From a virus (taxonomy: Duplodnaviria; Caudoviricetes): DNA of 64,000 bases. Positions within the stretch are counted from its first letter, which is position 1. Each line of letters starts with the position of its first letter. Position numbers and translations under genes: made by a program. Shown here one piece after another: positions 49,401-57,554 of this stretch. A model generated the notes under the pieces. The model was not told where the DNA came from and searched no databases. It saw nothing but the letters and a program-made list of their open reading frames with translations. The stretch covers positions 1,283-65,282 of IMG/VR virus record IMGVR_UViG_3300010429_001810; one strand, written 5' to 3'.

Positions 49401-52400
49401 TTGCACGGTTAAATGAATATCAAAAACTGGTAGATCAAATAGCAACGAGTGCGGGAGCACAGCCCGAATTTACATTAAAGGTTGCTAATCTAGCTGAAAA
49501 TTTAGAATTTGATTTAGATCGAATTGACTTTGAAAAAGAATTCAATAAAGCGAACATTCGAATCACTACGGGTGCTAAAGGTTTAGGTGATGCATTTTCT
49601 TCAACCTTTACTAAATTTAAGCCATTAAGTAGTTCTTTTGTTCCGCAATTGGAAAGTGGTGCAGTAGATGTTAAAAAAGCACTACAAACAGTAGTTAGAG
49701 TTTATGGTGAAGAAGTTGATAAATTAAAGAAAAAAGATGAAGAAGGTTTCCAAGGACTTGGAGAAGGTATTTCAACACTACAATATGCTAGTGTTGGTAT
49801 TTTAAAATCTTTTGGTAAATCTTTTGACGATAATTTACGATTTAAAAAAGCGCAAAAAGAATTAGAAACTTTTGGCGATATGATGGAAGGTGCTTTTAAC
49901 GTTCGTCCCGTGACGGATTTAGTTAAAGGTGTAAATTATTTAGATGCTCGTTTAAGTCAAGTTACTCAAGCACAAAACGCTCTCAATGAATTTGGTATTC
50001 CAGGTGAATCTGCATCGGCTGTTCCATTACTCAGCAATATCAGTGAAACGGGCGAAAAGGGAATTGTCACACTTCGTAATGTGAAGGGTGAAATGCTTGC
50101 TTTGAGTTTACAAGCGAAAACTGAAATCAAACCATTGGAAGGTTTAACTACTGATATACAAAAAGGAAAAGAAGCATTAATCGGTTTTAAATCGCTTATT
50201 GATACACAGATTGAAGATTTGTCACGCGGTGATAAAGTTGTTGAGTTACCCATTAGTTTTAAAACAGATTTTAATGCTTTTGATACAGTGGGATTGGGTA
50301 AATACAGTGCGGAAGTGTTAAGTTATGAAAAGAATTTAAATGAAGAAGTTTTAGATTTACAATTAAAACGAATCAATGCGACTTTAGAAGCTGAACAAAA
50401 AGCAGTTAAAGATAAGCAAACAATTGTTGAAAATCAGATTACTACAATTGAAGCATTATATGATAAACAACTGGGAGATATGCAAAATTGGTCTAAACAA
50501 GATTTAGATGCATATAAATCCAATATTGAATCGAAAAAGAGTTCATTAATTTCATTCTTACAAGAAGAACTTAGTGCTACACAATCTACATATAATGAAT
50601 TGTTCCAAATCAGAGCTAATTTACTCAATAAAAATAGAACTTTGGACGAGCAATATATTTCGTTTCAAGCGAATGCCACTAAGAATTTTCAAACCATTGA
50701 TGATTTAGGAAAATCAGATTCACAGAAAACGTATGAAACTCGTTTAAAGAGTTTAAATTTACAAGCTGATGCAGATGCTGCATTAGCTCAAGGTGATTAT
50801 GATCGTGCTAAAGCGTTATTGGAACAGCGTCAACAACTCATTGATGCAGCAGTCAGTAGCTTAAAGCCAGAAGATACTATTGGTAAGTTCTTCCTAAAAC
50901 AAGATCAGACTGAAGCGGTTACAGCATATAAGAAAGTCACCGATGCATTAAAAGCACAAAATCAGAGTGCTGTTAAGGAAGTTGAAGCACAACTGAATTC
51001 CGTGAATGGACAAATTTTAGCTCTTAAACAAAGTGCTGATACTGCTAAAGCGGCATTACAAGACTTATTAAATAAACTGTTTGAACTATCTACTAAAAAA
51101 TTCCAAGCCGAAGTTGAAGTTATTCAAAAGAATACTCAACAAGCTGAAAATTTAGGTGAACAAGCATACAGTGGTGCAATTGCTCAACGTCAAGATATTG
51201 GAAAGACTTTATTACAAGATCGTGAAAAAGTTAAAAAGGAAGAACAAGCTTTAGTCAAACTTTATGAAAAGCAAGTTATTATATTAAGAGAAATTATAAA
51301 TATAACGAAAGAAAAACAACTGGTTAAAATTGGCATTGATCCCGATTCTTATGAAGAAGTTTTGGATTATGCTAAATTCTATTTAGATTCAATGGATGCT
51401 ATTAATAAAGATAAACAAAATAATCAATTAGCAAGAGTTAAACTTGCAGATCTTGAAAAACAGTTTGCAGAATTACAAAAATCAAAACAAGCTGCTGAAG
51501 AATTAGAAAAGATTTTAGCAACTGTTGCAGAACTTAGAACTAAACAAAAAGAATTAGGTGGTTTAAGTGGTTTGAGTAATACTTTTGACACAGCAATTAC
51601 CAGTGCTACCGAATTGAATAAAATTCTTACAAATACTAAAGGTCCATTAGATGAGACTAAACAAGCAGAAGTTAAAAAACTTTTAGAAGATTTAAGAATT
51701 TCTGGTTTGGGTTTGAAAGAAGCTCTTAGAGATGTACAAATTCCAGATGAAGCTAAAAATCAAATTAAAGATTTAATGGCAAGTTTTGTAATTAGTGATA
51801 AAGATCTTATTGATCCAGAAAAATTAAACGTGTTTGGTCAACTCGCTGCTAGTAATTTAGCAAAGTTGGAAAAATATAAGCGAGATAATGATAAAGAAAT
51901 TCAAGAAATTGCACAAAAAACAGCAACAGATACTGCTGGTGTTTTATTATCCAGTATCTTAGCAATTCGGGAAATTATTAAAACTAATACTTTAAATGTA
52001 GAAGTTAAAGATATAGATATTAAAACTGTTGAAAAACAGGTTAAAGATCAAGTTAAACTTTTAACTGATGTTGTTAATAATATTGAAACAGGAGGTAATG
52101 CGGAACAAATCAAAGAAATTGGTCCTTTAAAAGATTTGTTAAAAGAAATTGATACTATTTTAAAGAGTTCACAAACAACTGAAGAGAAGATTAATAATTT
52201 AAAAACAGCGAATGTTAAATTGGAAGCTGCGGCACTTGCATATAAAAAACAACAAGAAGAAGCTGCAAAACAGCAACAAATCAATGTAGAAGCACAAGTT
52301 CAACAATCTAAAGCATTGACTGCTAACCAACAAGCTCAAAGTACGGCTGTTCAAGATACAGCAAAAGCTCAAGAATCAATAGTAAAATCATCAAAGGATG

Positions 52401-55084
52401 CTGCTGAAGCATGGGCTAAAGCAACACCTAATGAACAATTTAATGTTTTAAATGATATTCAGAATAAGATTGATGAAATCAGTAAAGATGGATTACAGTT
52501 AGTTAATCCAGCCGAACAACAACAGATTTCTGCTTTATTTAATCAATTAAAGAATGCTCAAGCGGGACTTAAAGCTGCTTTTGAATCGGGTGATCCCGCA
52601 GCCATTACCGAAGCCATTACTAAGATTAAAGAATTAGGAACTCAATTTAAGAATACAGCGGGTTTAAGTGACGTTGCTCGTCAAAAATTTGGTGAACTAG
52701 CGAATATTCCGTCATTTACGGTTGCGATTAAAACTAATACGTCAAGTATACCTCCAGCAAAACAAGCTGTAGAGGATTTACAAGCAACTGCCAAAAAAGA
52801 TACTGTTATACAAATGACAACGGATGAAGTCATTTTAGCAGTCACTAAGTTAAAAGATGTTGAAAATGAAGTTACCAAATTAAAAGGTTTAAGTGCTGTT
52901 GAATTCAAAGGTTATACCACTGTAGATGTTGAAAAAAGTAAACAAGAGTTAGAAGCTTTCGCACAACGCGCTAAAGCATTAATGGAAGTTCCCATTTCAG
53001 CACGAGATGAAGAATTTAAAGCGAAGTTAAGAGCTTTGTTTGTAGATTATGATCAATTTAGATCTCAACTACAACCGATTAAAATTGAAGGTGATGCTAG
53101 CGGTTTTAATAATACATATCAAAAGGCTTTAAGTACGATACAAAATCTTCGTGATCAAGCGAAATTGGTGGGAGCTACAGAACAAGCACAAAAATATAGT
53201 AAGGTTTTGAATGAATTATTACAAGCAAGATTGGATATTCAATCTAACGACATTAATATTAAAACTCAAGGTTATGAAAAACTCAAAACTCTTATTAATG
53301 GAACTAAAGAATTAACTACAGTTTTAACTGAAGCTGATAAACAATCATTGAATGTTAAAATGACAACAGTGGGTAAAGATGTTGTTATTTCAGATATTAC
53401 TGGAATTGGAACTGAGTTAGATAATACTAAAAATAAAGCAAAGTCTTTGGATGACACATTAAAAGAAGTTCGTAGTGGTTTATCTGAAACAGCTACAGTT
53501 CCAGGATTGGAAAAATCAACAGATGCATTTGATGAATTGAATAACAAATTAACTGATACACGAAATCGATTAAAAGAAGCTTTTGCTAAAGGTAATTTTA
53601 ATGAAGATAGTTTGAATGTATTTAAATCTAGTATTCAAGGTTTGATTGACAAAATGAGTCAAGTTGAAGGTGTGACACCTGACATGGTGAAAGCACTTCG
53701 TGAAGCTGTGGATATAGAATTAAAAGATTATACATTAAAAGTAATTCCAGAAGTACAGCCTCTAGAAAGAGCTGCACCTGAAGTTTTAGAAGTCCAAGCT
53801 GAAATTAAAGAATCTCCAAAAATACCTGAACCCAATCAACCTTTAGAAACTACAGCCGTTGTTAAAGAAACTCCAACGGTACCTTCATTACCACCTTTAG
53901 AAGGTAAAGTAGAAGTATTACAACCACCTACAGTTCCCACACTGCCACCATTACCTTCTGCAACATTGGCTGTTAATTTACAGATACCTCCAGTACCACA
54001 AGTACCGCCACAAAACATGATCGTGAATCCGGCACTACAGCCGGTGCCAGCTTTACCTTTGATGTTTGTAGATGTTACTCCAAAATTAGTCAGTGAGTTA
54101 CCTGAATTAACACCTGTTGATGTACATGTTAATCCAATTTTACAAGAAATTAGAAAACCTTCTAATATTTGGGTAGATGTAGATCCTAAACTACAACCCA
54201 TTCAAAAACCTGCTAATATCGAAGTGGATGTAGATCCTAAGCTACAAAAAATTGAAGCACCTGAAACAACGATTTCATTAAAACCAGAAGAAAATTGGGC
54301 TGCTGAAATTACTCAACCTGAAACAACGGTTATACTGTCACCAGAAGCAGGTTGGGATGAAAAGATACCTGAACCTAACAAAACAGTGACATTATCTCCA
54401 GAAGCGGGTTGGGAATCTAAAATAACGCCACCTACGGTTACTGCGACGTTACAACCTGAATGGAATATTAGCGAAATTCCACAACCTTCAATTGTGGCTA
54501 CCGTTACTGCATTAGTAGATCAAGCAGTATCTGGAATTGGTCAAGTTTTAAATATGATTAATCAATTACCCAGTTCACGAACTATTGTTATTAACACTGT
54601 TTATCGGACATCAGGGTCACCCCCTAGTCAAAACAGAAATCAAGGGGGTTTGATTAACGATTTACAGTATTTCGCAGATGGTGGTTTAGCTAGATTTAAA
54701 GAAATGGCTGCGGCCTTTGTACCCGGTATTGGAAATACGGATACGGTTCCTGCGATGTTGACTCCGGGTGAGTTTGTGATTAAAAAGGAACGAGTCAAAT
54801 CCTTAGGTATAGGATTTTTGAACGCCTTGAATAGTGGGTTATTACAATTTAAATCAGCGGGTGGAATGATATACAATTCACCCATTAATACCTTAAACAA
54901 AATGTCGAATTATGTGCAGCCGAATTATAATCTTCCACAACAAGTACAATCTGCGGGTGGACCGCCCATTGATATTAACTTGACAATCAAAGATAAAACA
55001 TTTAGTATTAAGACACCACGAGATGAGGCTAAAAAACTGGTGTCTGCTTTACAATATTTAGAACGTGGTATTACTAAAAAGTGA
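40415..55084 (+). CDS. Giant tape measure protein (4889 aa)
   Basis: TP901-type core at about 45960-46900 (TTRFTAEQAAEG..LAKAG, KYVG..A, GLKGTLSGTALR), hydrophobic segments at about 47.0-47.5 kb, long coiled coils, C-terminal FADGG..DTVPAMLTPGEFV. Confidence 0.93.
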   Translation: MATNQEIINLVLNFKTAFDGQNQLESFLKSNQNALAALTTEGVQLSASLSKVVTTVNTLKGILETVPKDVLSNILSGSKGDAEIAPLIAKTKELNEAITALKEGLSKKIDLSQFDNIKEAVQKVFLPNVESKGTLDKFGTMLADNLKAQFQKLASGEINLSTFLDNLIPKDGFPKGKASKVLSDATAFAAELKEIVGKLNADSSVEGRASVLNAIAKRILDGSDALNTAKERVTVSSTELSKVIENLVKVASISMEFGIVPPKDLFSKFPEAFRTQGAEQTGLLKGVIDKIFEDAKVNNVAVDKVNFGNILKQMGFDEAAINTQFNSVANAIATQVENLQKRVNEAVEFKKITGTDNIRERVTKLQEDLSKLFNVGMLQGLGSAFETEFKAALDSLKVFETGSTQSLKQFQDFEKGINALKASLAGGVAADNPVAKSLFALLEAYEKVEKEFRLDLVLKTQEDALKNFKTRVDSLKDSITRNAPQEKQFTFSSTDDAGTKALKEKEDALAKFKSLAELTAKQISELKGKISDLETTQKLPAFAGQQGEIQKTINEYNTLKTTLEAQQTALAKEQESWTRSWEKKTADVKKAEESVAKFNRTLDESTTASTISNALNHAKAFAQIGVASDEAKIALQGVFAQFGQFGGISKNSIQAMEDFQRAINTLFASRGTGKDAVTLIDLTNLPTQSQSSAKALEILGEQLFKLTGTSAEAKEQFRQLAFAHEFLQKTSQGGTEFGKQIAELYGLAQAVQLYTVTLDVLKQRQENYVENLTRVKSAQIEVKAAFEALQVAQVQGKDTAPAVAQLETAYKNYAKQLENAEARLKQLENTKKDLQSQQTTLGFSAASSELTLLEAAINSTKKQINDLKVSVSNLGTGGSKTSLLFQGIVDGVNKGNEEIQTALSKLQVQAASKLNVVSQDLQTALSKTMVGSTLATSIKDGINELTIALNAADLGKALEAIGKIRADIQTAFTTKLASSTASKELADTYLKPYQELLKGLEFIAKGFEAAIPKLAAQPTQQKAVQNQLTDIQNAIRATDQVLSTFGTTSTVKQLEERFGKVRQKAVELDAEITKLGKGSFDLTKYNELSFRFKELKNEATAIGKESIGKGLSNEIIGLNVVLATAQASLKDFGKSTNVTALASQIDALKAKFPTLSQDISNIGTLLKEAFAGNKTLIDVAPFNTLRDKIQEIRNGLTDPAAKRPYTQLLTQLDELINKTSIYNAFVKAGGSRTDVGIQTYMDRTAVVNSINSLNQLNTALVANKIALNDFLISGDKTKEGAAKVAEGFATTGKGIETLTVEIGRLSGVSSNLQKHIIALQAAGQDATGFIHLKDKIDQLIQAKKALDAQFKGGSLTGGLEQDLNRLATAETLLKQFKTVGDSFKNASFFDSTSYSARLAYEEIQRLETATRKARDDADRSLAVGRPSTVNPEVAAQLRIQRAELDANIKSLQEMGAVYDQLRSKPKIEAFQQLKTTLSDLFASGGRQGIIDYGAQFQTTIGEMQLKLLSLKDASIPLTETFINNFKRQGESINEARSRLDSWLVLLDTMKNAGKVNFQFEGGQASIAALISLFEKMQAAAKGIQQPIEQASNDLKDRLGTATGQAELRISNLITKFTQLQDRINTLNPGSSINEIYGSVKELMMLLNQPYKTGPFFTLPKEGFAPIRNELLGLLEIAKTVAHGLQTNLTLITPGTTKYKDTELQIKAAREEVERLTAASQKLSEFEKNASHFSALRGNLHGASTTLQELAHEGAFIYKGLEALFKNIAKNIAPKLDFDTSVVTAKVKELNDQFRVTGVAATDLEKKIKEALNAQIGGGGLAAAREYERAFQQLEEAFVKFRSGLTQAAMGFQMLGDALLEPFKKAKEGFEQFSDTMGVVNAVSNATQAQFKALTDQALLMGATTRFTAEQAAEGLKQLAKAGYTAEEQIASLPTVMRLAQAAATDLATAATVATVVMKEFRMDPDQFNVAADKITLAANRTLGTVEDLGYSFKYVGALAANIGADFGDLTAAIGLLHNAGLKGTLSGTALRGMLMALYNPTRDETKLIAELGERIGGLGLQIQDASGNFVGYGKIVKQLEQAGITTGEVLRFFGQRAGPGMAALLAQGSDALRTLEDDLRNAEGTTAHMAEIMEQTLKGRLLLMRSAFEALSDSIGHNLEPTLAGAANVVADFVSRFVAIRQEFPALATAVDHVLAGLALFASTLGGLAVTFAFIIVPVKQFWGFLKTLLITTWAGSAAIGSLSAAMAFNAAVVTRTGLAFERAMVAELAKVGVTAADASATQIHTAVTAINTKALYEQAVAYETATAGALHHATAQVGLWAGIKNALSIVGGLLRGLLGWWGLAIGAVAALVTFTLLHSKSVSQTNIELEKQNQLIEYSRKSAVNLNKELINTSTALKRNQQALADLNSKDNPKRDLVAPENQTTAKTQLQLDIDQNKKDLQNQLKQLITQITESGFLKDKLVLDVSFDKDGNFDKFKVKVVESNEVINVLENGLTGIADTGNRVTSVINSLSNAQQQYNKQLELTNILKEKFSEAGNVQILGFDTGIAIAEFEIFSKSFEKTEKEIRNKISLLEELKKASEKLNSDTKLTRKDINSLQLPSNTDYLNLEGQKAVIQKSINTLTNEISKLSLDQQTTIDNVVKAFVDRAETVLGRSQTEIATAVNRNDLLKFFVETQKGQAKLLPQTAEELTRALDNYYETLKKGLSAKQIVGSNLKTPVIGLVNATKDVATYLEETNKELKKKIDEQKKIFDEAKVVVDAVKAYQTAIAAAAKDTLDVKNQEIEFEAKIKTENLDRNFEEQLRKLEDANRVIDLPFKAKLITETADTSGFKALSGLSGLLLDYEKKNTAEFVKIQSANSERIKEIKLIELNDKQAATTQYYQTLKNHYSIDSADYLKAQQEQASATKENLDSRLEVVQDHLKDLLKLYQDNAKAIIDLEKQKKQFQAAIEQTKVNFGNAQLLPTEQLQKAKFDLSTLDAQIQQLLKEEKFDDAIARLNEYQKLVDQIATSAGAQPEFTLKVANLAENLEFDLDRIDFEKEFNKANIRITTGAKGLGDAFSSTFTKFKPLSSSFVPQLESGAVDVKKALQTVVRVYGEEVDKLKKKDEEGFQGLGEGISTLQYASVGILKSFGKSFDDNLRFKKAQKELETFGDMMEGAFNVRPVTDLVKGVNYLDARLSQVTQAQNALNEFGIPGESASAVPLLSNISETGEKGIVTLRNVKGEMLALSLQAKTEIKPLEGLTTDIQKGKEALIGFKSLIDTQIEDLSRGDKVVELPISFKTDFNAFDTVGLGKYSAEVLSYEKNLNEEVLDLQLKRINATLEAEQKAVKDKQTIVENQITTIEALYDKQLGDMQNWSKQDLDAYKSNIESKKSSLISFLQEELSATQSTYNELFQIRANLLNKNRTLDEQYISFQANATKNFQTIDDLGKSDSQKTYETRLKSLNLQADADAALAQGDYDRAKALLEQRQQLIDAAVSSLKPEDTIGKFFLKQDQTEAVTAYKKVTDALKAQNQSAVKEVEAQLNSVNGQILALKQSADTAKAALQDLLNKLFELSTKKFQAEVEVIQKNTQQAENLGEQAYSGAIAQRQDIGKTLLQDREKVKKEEQALVKLYEKQVIILREIINITKEKQLVKIGIDPDSYEEVLDYAKFYLDSMDAINKDKQNNQLARVKLADLEKQFAELQKSKQAAEELEKILATVAELRTKQKELGGLSGLSNTFDTAITSATELNKILTNTKGPLDETKQAEVKKLLEDLRISGLGLKEALRDVQIPDEAKNQIKDLMASFVISDKDLIDPEKLNVFGQLAASNLAKLEKYKRDNDKEIQEIAQKTATDTAGVLLSSILAIREIIKTNTLNVEVKDIDIKTVEKQVKDQVKLLTDVVNNIETGGNAEQIKEIGPLKDLLKEIDTILKSSQTTEEKINNLKTANVKLEAAALAYKKQQEEAAKQQQINVEAQVQQSKALTANQQAQSTAVQDTAKAQESIVKSSKDAAEAWAKATPNEQFNVLNDIQNKIDEISKDGLQLVNPAEQQQISALFNQLKNAQAGLKAAFESGDPAAITEAITKIKELGTQFKNTAGLSDVARQKFGELANIPSFTVAIKTNTSSIPPAKQAVEDLQATAKKDTVIQMTTDEVILAVTKLKDVENEVTKLKGLSAVEFKGYTTVDVEKSKQELEAFAQRAKALMEVPISARDEEFKAKLRALFVDYDQFRSQLQPIKIEGDASGFNNTYQKALSTIQNLRDQAKLVGATEQAQKYSKVLNELLQARLDIQSNDINIKTQGYEKLKTLINGTKELTTVLTEADKQSLNVKMTTVGKDVVISDITGIGTELDNTKNKAKSLDDTLKEVRSGLSETATVPGLEKSTDAFDELNNKLTDTRNRLKEAFAKGNFNEDSLNVFKSSIQGLIDKMSQVEGVTPDMVKALREAVDIELKDYTLKVIPEVQPLERAAPEVLEVQAEIKESPKIPEPNQPLETTAVVKETPTVPSLPPLEGKVEVLQPPTVPTLPPLPSATLAVNLQIPPVPQVPPQNMIVNPALQPVPALPLMFVDVTPKLVSELPELTPVDVHVNPILQEIRKPSNIWVDVDPKLQPIQKPANIEVDVDPKLQKIEAPETTISLKPEENWAAEITQPETTVILSPEAGWDEKIPEPNKTVTLSPEAGWESKITPPTVTATLQPEWNISEIPQPSIVATVTALVDQAVSGIGQVLNMINQLPSSRTIVINTVYRTSGSPPSQNRNQGGLINDLQYFADGGLARFKEMAAAFVPGIGNTDTVPAMLTPGEFVIKKERVKSLGIGFLNALNSGLLQFKSAGGMIYNSPINTLNKMSNYVQPNYNLPQQVQSAGGPPIDINLTIKDKTFSIKTPRDEAKKLVSALQYLERGITKK

Positions 55085-55088
55085 TCTT

Positions 55089-55481
55089 ATGCAAATCGTA
55101 TCTTTAGGTTCAGTAACATTTGATGATATTGTGGAACAAGGTCTTTATATTGATGAAGAACATAAATGGCTTCCTGTTGGACAATCTATACGTTATGCAT
55201 TAGCAGGTAATACGGTGATGTTGGAAAATACACGATCAGGAAAACCTTTGACATTGATTGCACAAGAAGATCGTGGTTGGGTTACTAAAGCAACGTTACT
55301 AGAATTGAAAACACTAGCTTCTTTAATCAACACCACACATGTGTTGACCTTAGTAAATGATAACAGTGTAACTGAAAATCGAAATGTACGATTCAAACGA
55401 GATAATTATCCGTTAGATTTAAATCCATTAGATTCTGCACATAATTATTATGTCGGATCTATTCATTTAATTCAAGTTTAG
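55089..55481 (+). CDS. Distal tail/tail-tip protein
   Basis: Follows the tape measure gene; W.PVGQS.RYAL.G, G.PLTL, GWV pattern like proteobacterial siphophage tail proteins. Confidence 0.6.
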   Translation: MQIVSLGSVTFDDIVEQGLYIDEEHKWLPVGQSIRYALAGNTVMLENTRSGKPLTLIAQEDRGWVTKATLLELKTLASLINTTHVLTLVNDNSVTENRNVRFKRDNYPLDLNPLDSAHNYYVGSIHLIQV

Positions 55482-55492
55482 AGAATGATACT

Positions 55493-56473
55493 ATGGCAAT
55501 TACAGGCAGTGAACTCAATTATTACCAATCTAAAGTCGTCAATGATACAGCTTCAAACGGCGGACGCATTTCTACCACCTTAATCACTTCTGGAACTTCA
55601 AATACCTGGTGGCCGAATGTAACCGAGGCGCAACTAACTTCGGGTGCTATTCAATGGCGTAAGGGCTTTGTCCGGGTGGACAATGCGGCAAATGAAATCG
55701 CTTCCAGTCTGCGCGTCGGCCTATGGCGACCGACACCGGGCAGTGATGAATTGTATCTTGCTGAAGGTACGCAAACTAATATTCAGTCTAGTTTTGGCAC
55801 TCCTGATCTGTATGGTTGCGGTTCGCTTGATACCTCGGTAGTGACTGGAGCCAATACTTTAGATGTTTTAGTTGAAGATGGTGCAGTCATTTTGTTTCGG
55901 GATAACGAGTTGATTCGCATTTCCAGTGAGACGGCATTGGGAACCGGAACCGCAGAAGTCCATACCATCAACGGAACGCCCAGTATCCTGGGTGATGTGG
56001 TAACAATCACCATTGACGGGACGCTCGCTAATGATTATTCGGATACTGATACTTACGTTAGTTCGCTCATTGAAACTACAAATTTGACCGGCACCACGAT
56101 CAATAAGGTTGTCACCAGTTCAGCAGGTACTTTTGCCGAAGCATCAATGGTAGTGGGCAACCTCGGTTCGATTTATCAAGTGTTAACCTTCACCTTCACC
56201 AGTGCCACAGCCTTTACCGTCGCCAGTGATGAAGGGATTACTTTGGCGGGGGGGACGATCAGTAGTACGTATGCACCCACCAATATGAGTGTCGGCGCGA
56301 GTTACTTTTCCATACCTCCGGCGTGTTGGGGCGGGACTTGGGTTTTGGGTGATACCTTGGCAATCACCACCGTTCCGCCGTCTTTACCCATTTTGGAGAA
56401 ACGGGTGGTCCCGGCAGGCGCAGCAGCAATCAGTACACAATCGCGAGGTTTGATATTCCTCGTGGAGTCTTAA
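55493..56473 (+). CDS. Tail-tip structural protein
   Basis: MAIT..L..YQS, NGGR, N..WP.V, RKGF pattern resembling D3112/B3-type tail proteins (from memory). Confidence 0.6.
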   Translation: MAITGSELNYYQSKVVNDTASNGGRISTTLITSGTSNTWWPNVTEAQLTSGAIQWRKGFVRVDNAANEIASSLRVGLWRPTPGSDELYLAEGTQTNIQSSFGTPDLYGCGSLDTSVVTGANTLDVLVEDGAVILFRDNELIRISSETALGTGTAEVHTINGTPSILGDVVTITIDGTLANDYSDTDTYVSSLIETTNLTGTTINKVVTSSAGTFAEASMVVGNLGSIYQVLTFTFTSATAFTVASDEGITLAGGTISSTYAPTNMSVGASYFSIPPACWGGTWVLGDTLAITTVPPSLPILEKRVVPAGAAAISTQSRGLIFLVES

Positions 56474-56474
56474 A

Positions 56475-57554
56475 ATGAGTGAGAGGTTGGTTGCTACGCT
56501 CAATGTCGCCTTTACCGAGAATGACGGTTTAGGCGATAACGCGGGCGCAAACAAGATCATCTTGCAGCAAATGACCAAACGCTTTGATTATAAAGGTCGT
56601 TTGTGGGCAAGATGTTTTCCTTCTTCTGGCGTCACTTTTACAGCCAGTGTTGGAAATGTGGAAGGTGGAGAGGTTCGTAGCGAAGAGGTGCGAGAAGGTT
56701 TAAAGTTTTCCAACAGTTCCAAAGTAGAATTAAGTAAACCCGGCGCATCGAATGTCTCTATTACGCAATACGTCATGATGCAGAAAACCAAAAACATTTA
56801 TGGTAAAACCGTGATTGTTCCGGCATCTGTTAATTTAACTTATGACCAGGAACAAAATGCCATTATTGCGACGGCTCAAGGTAAAGAATTTGCGGTTTAT
56901 GGGGGCTGTTCGGTACGTTATCAAGCGCCTTATAAAGTCTTGTATTACACTCCTAGTGTACAGCGTATTGGATTTACCGGAGGTTTTGCCTTTCACATGG
57001 GAACGATCTTCGGTTATAATGATTACACGGTGGAAACGCTGGATATGGAATTGGATCTCAGTTCGTCCCCAGATTGGGTCGAGTATGCACGAGTCACTTC
57101 CAAAATTGTGTTGGACGCGAAAGGGGTGTGGGAGTTTCCACCAAATTGGGAACAGACTTATACAAACAATAAAGAAAAAACTGGAGATCAACGTGAAGAT
57201 TATAGCGCACCCGGACAGTTTCCCGGATTTTCGGCAGAAATTGATGAAGACAATTCGTTTGTTGATGTGCGTATCCATGAAATTATTGAAGTGAATACGA
57301 CAGGTACGTTACGTTATTTAACACAAAACGGATCAGATACGATTTATGCTCCTTATTGGGGCATTATGGGCAGTTATCATCCCAAGTTTGAAGTGAAGTT
57401 TAATGATCCTCCGGGCGGTGCAAAAGCCAGTAGTGCCAAAGATTTTCAATACGATTTGAATAATTACACTTGGCGTGATGTGTTTCTGAGTGTAAATAAA
57501 GCAGAAGTTCTTGAAGATTTAGAAAATACGTATCCGGGAGTGACGGAAGCATGA
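56475..57554 (+). CDS. Tail-tip structural protein (359 aa)
   Basis: Synteny; N-terminus similar to the ORF starting at 63688. Confidence 0.6.
   Translation: MSERLVATLNVAFTENDGLGDNAGANKIILQQMTKRFDYKGRLWARCFPSSGVTFTASVGNVEGGEVRSEEVREGLKFSNSSKVELSKPGASNVSITQYVMMQKTKNIYGKTVIVPASVNLTYDQEQNAIIATAQGKEFAVYGGCSVRYQAPYKVLYYTPSVQRIGFTGGFAFHMGTIFGYNDYTVETLDMELDLSSSPDWVEYARVTSKIVLDAKGVWEFPPNWEQTYTNNKEKTGDQREDYSAPGQFPGFSAEIDEDNSFVDVRIHEIIEVNTTGTLRYLTQNGSDTIYAPYWGIMGSYHPKFEVKFNDPPGGAKASSAKDFQYDLNNYTWRDVFLSVNKAEVLEDLENTYPGVTEA

Noticed and set aside
40864-54900. Minus-strand ORFs inside the tape measure gene
   Set aside because: Antisense shadows of a codon-biased long ORF; the same applies to those in the capsid and tail tube genes
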